Origin: a bacterium
Lineage (GTDB): Bacteria; Bacillota; Clostridia; Christensenellales; Aristaeellaceae
Assembly: GCA_963624325.1 (NCBI GenBank)
Contig: CAVFPH010000053.1
Coordinates: forward strand, 1 to 12,944
Length of the DNA stretch: 12,944 bases
Direction of reading: 5' to 3'
Part shown: piece by piece, positions 6,839 through 12,944 of the stretch
Numbering within the stretch: the stretch's first letter is position 1
How the letters are laid out: each line of letters starts with the position of its first letter
Translations under genes and position numbers: made by a program
The notes under the pieces: model-generated
Database searches by the model: none
Told to the model about the DNA's origin: nothing
The model's input: the letters and a program-made list of their open reading frames with translations, nothing else

Positions 6839-8551
6839 TTGAAGTACATCCTGCGGTATATGAAGCCCCTGGCAGGACGCATCGCGGCGGGCATGAGCAT
6901 TAAATTCCTGGGCACCATCATGGACCTGCTGATACCCTATATCCTGGCGTATATCATCGACCGGGTAACGCCCGAGCACAATGTCCACCGGGTGCTCATC
7001 TGGGGCGGCATTATGATGCTGTGCGCCCTGCTGGCCTGGCTGGGGAACGGACTGGCCAACCGCATGGCGGCAGGCGTTGCGCGGGACTGCACCCGCGCCG
7101 TGCGCCATGATCTGTTTGATCACATCGTGCATATGCAAAGCCGCGATATGGACAGGCTGACCATTCCCTCGCTGATATCGCGCATGACCACCGATACCTT
7201 TTATATATACCGCATCGTGGGCATCACCCAACGCATGGGCGTGCGCGCGCCGATCATGCTTATCGGCGGCATCTGCATTACTTTAACGCTGGATCCCGTG
7301 CTGTCACTGGTGCTCATCGCCATGCTGCCGCTGATGTGCGCGCTGGTATACCTGATCTCCAGCCGCGGCGTTCCGCTCTATGCCGCCCTGCAGCAGCGGG
7401 TGGATGACCTGGTGCGCGTGGTGCGCGAAAATGCATCGGGCGTGCGCATTATCAAAGCCCTGGATAAGACGGAGCATGAAAAAGAGCGCTTTGCCAAGGT
7501 AAATGCCTCCGTGGCTCGTCAGGAAACGCATGCCTCCATGATCATGTCCATCAACAACCCAACCATGCAGTTTATCCTCAATGCCGGATTGGTGCTGGTG
7601 ATCCTTGTCGGGGCGCGCCGCGTCAACAGCGGGCTGACGCAGGCCGGCAAGATTGTGGCGTTTTTAAGCTATTTTACCATCATTCTCAATGCCATGCTGG
7701 CCATTACCCGCTTTTTGACCATGTATTCCAAGGCACTGGCCTCGGCACACCGCCTGCAGGAGGTGCTGGATACTCCGATAGAGGGCAGCACACAGCCTGC
7801 GCAGGCAGCCGATCCCGATGCGCCGCATATTCGGTTTGATCATGTTACGTTTTCCTATAATCATGTTGCGCCCAGCGTGCAGGATGTTTCCTTTTCCTTA
7901 AAGCGCGGACAGTCGCTGGGCGTACTGGGTCCCACGGGCGCGGGCAAAAGCACGCTGATCCGCCTGCTTTTGCGCTTTTATGATGTGGATTCGGGCTGTA
8001 TCCGCATAGACGGACAGGATGTGCGCAGTATGGATCTGTCCGCCCTCCGCGGACGCATCGGCGCGGTATTCCAGAACGATGCGCTCTTCCGCGGTGAAAT
8101 CGGCGAAAATATCCGCCTGGGACGGGAAATTACCCTGGAACAGGTAGAGGATGCCGTCCGCCGTGCCCAGGCTGCGGAGTTTGTGTACACAAAAGGCGGG
8201 CTTTCGGGGGAGGTGCAATCCCACGGAAGCAATTTTTCGGGCGGTCAGCAGCAGCGGCTGCTGCTCAGCCGCGCGTTGGCCGGGACGCCCGATATTCTGC
8301 TGCTGGACGATGCCACCAGCGCGCTGGACTTTAAGACCGAGGCAGCCTTCCGGCAGGCATTGCGGGAGCAGGGCGGCGATACCACCACCATCATCATTGC
8401 GCAGCGCATCAGTGCCGTGATGCACTGTGATCAGATTCTGGTCATGGAGGATGGCGAGGTGCGCGGTTTGGGCACGCATGAAGAGCTGATGCGCTCCTGC
8501 CCGCTGTATCAGGAGATTGCTTCTCTGCAGATCGGAGGTGAGGCGCAATGA
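6839..8551 (+). CDS. ABC exporter permease/ATPase fusion (type I exporter half-transporter); the subunit with the degenerate Walker B and H-loop
   Basis: 570 aa. TTG 6839 has GGAGG 9 nt upstream, and its N-terminus MKYILRYMKPLAG fits the usual exporter N-terminus. Six predicted TM helices are followed by an NBD. NBD motifs: Walker A GPTGAGKST, Q-loop AVFQND, canonical signature FSGGQQQR, Walker B ILLLDD with Asp (codon 8309-8311) in place of the catalytic Glu, and switch IIIAQRIS with Gln (8402-8404) in place of His. Confidence 0.9.
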   Translation: MKYILRYMKPLAGRIAAGMSIKFLGTIMDLLIPYILAYIIDRVTPEHNVHRVLIWGGIMMLCALLAWLGNGLANRMAAGVARDCTRAVRHDLFDHIVHMQSRDMDRLTIPSLISRMTTDTFYIYRIVGITQRMGVRAPIMLIGGICITLTLDPVLSLVLIAMLPLMCALVYLISSRGVPLYAALQQRVDDLVRVVRENASGVRIIKALDKTEHEKERFAKVNASVARQETHASMIMSINNPTMQFILNAGLVLVILVGARRVNSGLTQAGKIVAFLSYFTIILNAMLAITRFLTMYSKALASAHRLQEVLDTPIEGSTQPAQAADPDAPHIRFDHVTFSYNHVAPSVQDVSFSLKRGQSLGVLGPTGAGKSTLIRLLLRFYDVDSGCIRIDGQDVRSMDLSALRGRIGAVFQNDALFRGEIGENIRLGREITLEQVEDAVRRAQAAEFVYTKGGLSGEVQSHGSNFSGGQQQRLLLSRALAGTPDILLLDDATSALDFKTEAAFRQALREQGGDTTTIIIAQRISAVMHCDQILVMEDGEVRGLGTHEELMRSCPLYQEIASLQIGGEAQ

Positions 8552-10383
8552 TGGGACGTCCGGGCGGCGACAGAAAATACGGCAGCCCCACCCCGAGGGT
8601 GGAGAAAGAATTGAAAAAGCCCAAGCGCGGCATCATTCTGCGCCTGGGAAAATATCTGTGGCAGATGAAATGGCTTTTGCTGCTGGCCCTGGCGCTGACC
8701 ATCGGCGGCAACACGCTGTCCCTGCTGGGGCCAACGCTGTCGGGCAAGGCAATTGACTGCATCGGCACGCAGACGGGCGGGGTAGACTTTGCCGGCGTTA
8801 AGCACTATGCCCTGCTGATGGTGCTGTTCTATCTGATCTCATCGGTTATGAGCTATCTGCTCTCCGTCACAATGGTATACGTCAGCCGCAAGGTGACGCT
8901 GCGCATGCGCGGGGATCTGTTTAACCACATTGCCGAAATGCCGGTGGGCTTTTTCGATACCCATCCCGTGGGCGATGTTATCAGCCGCATTTTTTACGAT
9001 ATCGATACCATCAATACATCCCTGTCCACCGATGCGGTCAGCATTCTGGCCAGCTTTATCACCATCATCGGCTCGCTTTTGATGATGCTGCGGCTGTCGG
9101 GCATCCTGGTGCTGGTGTTTGCGGTAACGATCCCGCTCAGCATCCTGATCACCCGCTTTATCACCACCCACACCAACCCGCTCTTCCGTCTGCGCTCTGC
9201 CAAGATGGGTGAGCTGAACGACTTTGCCGAGGAAAAAATATCGGGCATGAAGACGCTCAAGGCTTACCATCAGGAAGAAAACGCGGTGGATCAGCTGGAC
9301 AGCCTGAACGGCGAAGTGGTGCAGGCCTACTACAAAAGCGAATACTATTCCAGCCTGATGGGCCCGTCGGTCAGCTTTATCAACAATCTTTCCCTGTCGC
9401 TGATCAGCGTTTTCGGCAGCCTTCTGTATATGTCCGGCGGCGTGCAGATCGGTGCGCTGAGCATTGCCGGCATGACCATCGGCGGAATCTCCAGCTTTAT
9501 CATGTACAGCCGCAAGTTTGCCGGCCCGATCAACGAAATTGCCAACATTTTCGGGGAGCTGCAGTCGGCTATGGCGGCGGCGGACCGCGTGTTTTCCCTG
9601 CTGGATACCCCCATGGAGGCGGCGGACGCACCGGATGCCGCAACGCTCAGGGATGTGCGCGGTGATGTGGAAATGCGGGATGTCAGCTTTGGCTACAAGC
9701 CCGGCAGGACAATCCTGAAGCATCTGAGCATGCGTGCGCGCAGCGGCAATCTGATTGCCATCGTCGGGCCGACGGGCGCGGGCAAAACCACGCTGATCAA
9801 CCTGCTGATGCGCTTTTACGATATCGACGAGGGCCAAATCACCGTAGACGATCACGAAATCCGCAGCATCCGGCGCAAAAACCTGCGCGGCGCCTATTCC
9901 ATGGTGCTGCAGGATACCTGGCTGTTTTCGGGCACGATATACGAAAATATTGCCTATGCCCGTCCGGATGCCACCAGGGATGAGGTGATTGAGGCGGCAA
10001 AGGCCGCACGCATTCATCATTACATCATGAGCTTGCCGCAGGGCTACGATACCGTGATTACCGATGACGGCGCAAACATTTCCAAGGGACAAAAACAGCT
10101 GATGACCATCGCCCGCGCCATGCTGGTGCGTGCCAACATGCTGATTCTGGACGAGGCCACCAGCAACGTGGATACCCGCACCGAGGTTCAAATCCAGCAG
10201 GCCATGCGCCGTCTGATGCGCGATAAAACCTGCTTTGTGGTAGCACACCGCCTGTCCACCATCAAAAATGCCGATTTGATCCTGGTTGTTCGGGACGGCA
10301 ACGTGGTGGAGTCGGGTACGCACAAGGAATTGATGGCCAAGGGCGGCTTCTATCGGGAAATGTATGATGCGCAGTTCAGCTGA
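8548..10383 (+). CDS. ABC exporter permease/ATPase fusion; partner subunit with a canonical catalytic site but a degenerate signature motif
   Basis: 611 aa. ATG 8548 overlaps the upstream stop (ATGA), with GGAGG at 8534-8538. NBD motifs: Walker A GPTGAGKTT, Walker B MLILDE (Glu codon 10153-10155), H-loop FVVAHRLS. The signature is ISKGQKQ (Lys codon 10084-10086) instead of LSGGQ. Confidence 0.9.
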   Translation: MMGRPGGDRKYGSPTPRVEKELKKPKRGIILRLGKYLWQMKWLLLLALALTIGGNTLSLLGPTLSGKAIDCIGTQTGGVDFAGVKHYALLMVLFYLISSVMSYLLSVTMVYVSRKVTLRMRGDLFNHIAEMPVGFFDTHPVGDVISRIFYDIDTINTSLSTDAVSILASFITIIGSLLMMLRLSGILVLVFAVTIPLSILITRFITTHTNPLFRLRSAKMGELNDFAEEKISGMKTLKAYHQEENAVDQLDSLNGEVVQAYYKSEYYSSLMGPSVSFINNLSLSLISVFGSLLYMSGGVQIGALSIAGMTIGGISSFIMYSRKFAGPINEIANIFGELQSAMAAADRVFSLLDTPMEAADAPDAATLRDVRGDVEMRDVSFGYKPGRTILKHLSMRARSGNLIAIVGPTGAGKTTLINLLMRFYDIDEGQITVDDHEIRSIRRKNLRGAYSMVLQDTWLFSGTIYENIAYARPDATRDEVIEAAKAARIHHYIMSLPQGYDTVITDDGANISKGQKQLMTIARAMLVRANMLILDEATSNVDTRTEVQIQQAMRRLMRDKTCFVVAHRLSTIKNADLILVVRDGNVVESGTHKELMAKGGFYREMYDAQFS

Positions 10384-10400
10384 CAGATGGGAAAATGCTC

Positions 10401-12143
10401 TTAATCAAGCGTAAACTGCGCTTTATACTGAAGGTAGGTCTCCTCAAAGGAGGCCGCCTTTTCTTTTATGTCGTGGGTAAAAGCATGCATGTTCATCCGA
10501 TTGTCGGCAATCTCGCATACGCAGGCGGCAATATTGGAGCAGTGATCCGCCGCGCGTTCCAGGTTGGTCAGAATATCGGAAAGGACAAAGCCCATTTCCG
10601 TCGTGCACTGCGCATTGGTCAGGCGCACAATATGGCGCGTGCGGATTTCCTGCTGCAGGTCATCCACCACCTGTTCCAGCGGTTCTACCCGCCTGGCAAC
10701 GGCCAGATCGCCCGTTTCAAAGGCCTTGGCAGACAGGCTGATGATCTCCCGCACGGCTGCCGTCATAACGTCCATTTCCAGCAGCGCCGCATCGGAAAAA
10801 TGCAGATCTTTATCCCGCATTTCACGTGCCGATTCCATCAGATTGACGGCGTGATCGCCGATACGCTCGAAATCGCCGATCAGGCGCAGCAGCTCCGTTA
10901 CCTCGCGCATATCCTCTTCGCCCGGCTTGTGTTCGGATAGCTTTACCAGATAGGAGCCCATCGCATCCTCATACTGATCCGTCTTTTCCTCCTTTTCGGC
11001 AATATCCTGCGCTGTCTTTTCATCATAGCAGTCCAGAATCGACAGGGATTCGGTGAGTGCGGAAAAGGCGGTTGTCTGCATATCGGTGGCAACACTTCTT
11101 GCCTGCTGCAGCGCCAGCGCCGGGGTAACAAACAAACGCTCGTCCAGCAGGGCATGTTCCTCGCTGCCTTTGTCGCGGATCGTCAGGCGGGACAGCTTTT
11201 CAAGCTGCTTTCCGAAGGGCAGCAAAAGCGCCGTTGCGCCGATATTAAAGGCAGAATGAATGATCGATATGCTGACCGGCGAAGCGGTGGCATCCAGAAT
11301 CGCCGGATGGAAAATCTCCTTGGCCAGGATGTATACCGCCAGCCAGAAGATCGTGCCGATGATGTTAAAGTACAAATGCACCATGGCGGCACGGCGCGCA
11401 TTCTTATTTGCGCCCGCCGATGCCAGCAGGGTAGTCACGCATGCGCCGATGTTCTGCCCCATGATAATGGGGGCGGCAGAGCCGTTTGTTACGGCTCCTG
11501 TAACGGAAAGTGCCTGCAGGATACCGACCGATGCGGAGGAGGACTGGATAATCGCCGTCATTCCGGCGCCTGCCAGCACGCCGAAAATCGGGTTGCTCAG
11601 CAGCAGCAGAAAATCCGTAAAGCTCTTTTGCCGGCTCAGCGGCTCTACGGCGGCGCTCATGGTCTGCATGCCGTACATCAGCACCGAAAAGCCCAGCAGC
11701 GCCATGCCCGTTTCACGGGATTTTTCGCGCTTTACAAACATATACAGGATAATGCCGATCAGCCCCAGCACGGGGGAGAACGAGGAGGGCTTCAGCAGCT
11801 GAATAATCAGGCTGTCTCCCTGTATGCCTGTGAGCGACAGCAGCCATGCGGTCACCGTAGTGCCCACATTGGCGCCCATGATCACATTGATGGCCTGCGA
11901 TAACTGCATTACGCCCGAGTTGACAAATCCTACCACCATCACCGTGGTGGCACCTGAGGATTGTATCACCGCCGTTGCCAGCAGTCCCACCAGAAACCCT
12001 TTGATCGGGCTGGAGGTCAGGCGCGAAAGCAGGGTTTTCAGCTGGCTGCCCGCGCGCTGTTCCAGCGCATCGCCCATCAGTTTCATGCCAAGCAAAAACA
12101 TGGCCAGCCCGCCGAATAGGTTCAGCATGTCGAATATGGTCAT
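10401..12143 (-). CDS. Na+/phosphate cotransporter family protein with a C-terminal PhoU-like domain (YjbB/NptA-like)
   Basis: 580 aa, with AGGAGG (rc of 12148-12153) upstream of ATG 12143. The N-terminus MLNLFGGLAMFLLGMKLMGDAL and two QSS repeats (AVIQSSGATTVMVVG, AIIQSSSASVGILQAL) are typical of Na_Pi_cotrans. The C-terminal ~200 aa carry paired PhoU-type helices (IGDFERIGDHAVNL, ILTNLERAADHCSNIA). Confidence 0.9.
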   Translation of the reverse strand: MTIFDMLNLFGGLAMFLLGMKLMGDALEQRAGSQLKTLLSRLTSSPIKGFLVGLLATAVIQSSGATTVMVVGFVNSGVMQLSQAINVIMGANVGTTVTAWLLSLTGIQGDSLIIQLLKPSSFSPVLGLIGIILYMFVKREKSRETGMALLGFSVLMYGMQTMSAAVEPLSRQKSFTDFLLLLSNPIFGVLAGAGMTAIIQSSSASVGILQALSVTGAVTNGSAAPIIMGQNIGACVTTLLASAGANKNARRAAMVHLYFNIIGTIFWLAVYILAKEIFHPAILDATASPVSISIIHSAFNIGATALLLPFGKQLEKLSRLTIRDKGSEEHALLDERLFVTPALALQQARSVATDMQTTAFSALTESLSILDCYDEKTAQDIAEKEEKTDQYEDAMGSYLVKLSEHKPGEEDMREVTELLRLIGDFERIGDHAVNLMESAREMRDKDLHFSDAALLEMDVMTAAVREIISLSAKAFETGDLAVARRVEPLEQVVDDLQQEIRTRHIVRLTNAQCTTEMGFVLSDILTNLERAADHCSNIAACVCEIADNRMNMHAFTHDIKEKAASFEETYLQYKAQFTLD

Positions 12144-12305
12144 GGTTCCTCCTTAAATGCAGGAATTTTCTTCCTGATTATTTCCGTATTTTATAATTTT
12201 AACCCCGAAAAAATGACCAAGTAATCCCTGCCGTCCTGCCGATCTTCTCCCGGCATCCGACAGCTGCCGACCCACGCACCCCTCCGGCAACTTGTTCATG
12301 AACTC

Positions 12306-12314
12306 ATTGTATCA
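12306..12314 (-). promoter_or_regulatory. Candidate extended -10 promoter for the Na/Pi-PhoU gene
   Basis: The minus strand reads TGaTACAAT (rc of 12306-12314). There is no good -35. It would give a ~155-nt leader. Confidence 0.3.
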
Positions 12315-12413
12315 TAGCTGCCGATATGAAACTGTACTTTTTGTGTATTTAAAGTTAGCACAGATGAATTTTCGCCGGATGATGCCGCGCGCATAGTGTT
12401 CTTGCATTCCATG

Positions 12414-12442
12414 TTGCGCCCCGGCGCGCGATATGTTATAAT
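12414..12442 (+). promoter_or_regulatory. smpB promoter
   Basis: TTGCGC at 12414-12419, a 17-nt spacer, then TGtTATAAT (TG at 12434-12435, hexamer 12437-12442). The SD GGAAGGAAG at 12457-12465 precedes ATG 12474. Confidence 0.55.
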
Positions 12443-12473
12443 CTTATCACCGATATGGAAGGAAGTGACGCGC

Positions 12474-12944
12474 ATGGCCCGTCAAAAGGGCATCCATCCC
12501 GTGGCAAGCAACCGCCGTGCGCGGCATGACTATTTCATTGAGGAAACCTATGAGTGCGGTCTCGCCCTGCATGGCACGGAGGTTAAATCCATCCGTCAGG
12601 GGCATGTCAATCTGAAGGAAAGCTTCGCCCACGTAAAGGACGGCGAGGTTCTGGTGGAAAGCATGCACATCAGCCCCTACGAGCAGGGCAACATCTTCAA
12701 CACCGATCCCATGCGTCCCAAAAAGCTGCTGCTGCACAAGGCCGAAATCCGAAAGCTGCAGCAGATGGTGCAGCGCAAGGGCTACACGCTCATTCCGCTG
12801 CAGCTGTATTTGAAGGACGGCCGCGTCAAGCTGGAGCTTGGCGTGTGCGTGGGCAAGCAGCTGCACGATAAGCGTGCCGCCGCCGCGGATCAGGCAGCCA
12901 AGATGGAGGCCGCGCGCGCCGTGCGCAATCAGCGCGCGGAGTAG
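12474..12944 (+). CDS. smpB: SsrA-binding protein SmpB (trans-translation)
   Basis: The translation [41 protein letters not shown]...[11 protein letters not shown]...[32 protein letters not shown] is canonical SmpB. The ORF is open from 12396, but that extension covers the promoter, and ATG 12474 has an SD. The stop TAG is the last codon of the window. Confidence 0.95.
   Translation: MARQKGIHPVASNRRARHDYFIEETYECGLALHGTEVKSIRQGHVNLKESFAHVKDGEVLVESMHISPYEQGNIFNTDPMRPKKLLLHKAEIRKLQQMVQRKGYTLIPLQLYLKDGRVKLELGVCVGKQLHDKRAAAADQAAKMEAARAVRNQRAE

Noticed and set aside
12153-12299. A 48-codon minus-strand uORF (MNKLPEGCVGRQLSDAGRRSAGRQGLLGHFFGVKIIKYGNNQEENSCI). Its ATG would coincide with the predicted transcription start (leaderless), and its TAA overlaps the SD of the Na/Pi-PhoU gene.
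   Set aside because: The R/G-rich composition looks like a random translation of GC-rich DNA. It has no SD, and its start depends on an unverified promoter call. An open frame of 48 codons is not improbable here. It would need ribosome profiling or conservation data to revive it.
12333-12348. A TACA core repeated at 11-bp spacing (minus strand aTACAc-N-gTACAg) upstream of the Na/Pi-PhoU -10, reminiscent of PhoP boxes.
   Set aside because: There are only two weak repeats with poor matches to the TT(A/T/C)ACA consensus. A functional Pho box needs about four phased repeats.
12396-12473. N-terminal extensions offered by the ORF track: smpB from 12396, the DapB-like gene from 2335, rpmE from GTG 6564, and the hydrolase from 4786.
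   Set aside because: The extensions cover promoter or SD elements and add non-homologous residues ahead of canonical N-termini (MARQKG, MEKIKVV, MKEGIHP). Internal starts have better SD spacing. The hydrolase case (4786 versus 4801) remains ambiguous.
1-12944. A search for CRISPR repeats, IS/transposon ends, integrase or phage genes, tRNA/rRNA, tandem repeats, and defence or toxin-antitoxin gene pairs.
   Set aside because: None was found by eye. No regularly spaced repeats, terminal inverted repeats or cloverleaf-compatible segments appear in the intergenic regions. Every ORF above 150 aa in the preferred frames has a housekeeping or metabolic assignment.

Overview
12.9-kb chromosomal segment with moderately high GC (high 50s % by eye, not computed). 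Its signals look Firmicutes/Clostridia-like: GGAGG-type Shine-Dalgarno sites, TTG/GTG starts, extended -10 promoters and long perfect-stem intrinsic terminators. The taxon is an inference only. Ten protein-coding genes can be supported. (1) A Sec-exported flavoprotein reductase with two tandem FMN_bind (flavinylation) domains fused to a FAD_binding_2 domain. (2) A DapB-like NAD(P) oxidoreductase of the amine-dehydrogenase / 2,4-diaminopentanoate-dehydrogenase type. (3) A DegV (FakB-like) fatty-acid-binding protein on the minus strand. (4-5) A divergently transcribed alpha/beta-hydrolase + TetR operon with overlapping stop/start. (6) rpmE (L31, Zn-ribbon type) on the minus strand. (7-8) A translationally coupled heterodimeric ABC exporter pair with one degenerate ATP site. 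(9) A Na/Pi-cotransporter-PhoU fusion on the minus strand. (10) smpB, whose stop codon ends the window; the ssrA/tmRNA gene that often neighbours smpB is not visible here. Three strong hairpin terminators and several sigma-70-like promoters were located by eye. I see no rRNA, tRNA, CRISPR array, transposase/integrase, phage gene, toxin-antitoxin pair or repeat family, and no defence-island signature. This looks like an ordinary housekeeping/accessory-metabolism region. The least-characterised locus is the exported double-FMN_bind reductase, whose C-terminal substrate-site motif does not look like a fumarate/urocanate reductase. Next is a five-fold recurrence of a GGCACA/TGTGCC half-site in the degV / hydrolase-TetR divergent promoter region. 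All family assignments come from motif recognition by eye, not database searches.
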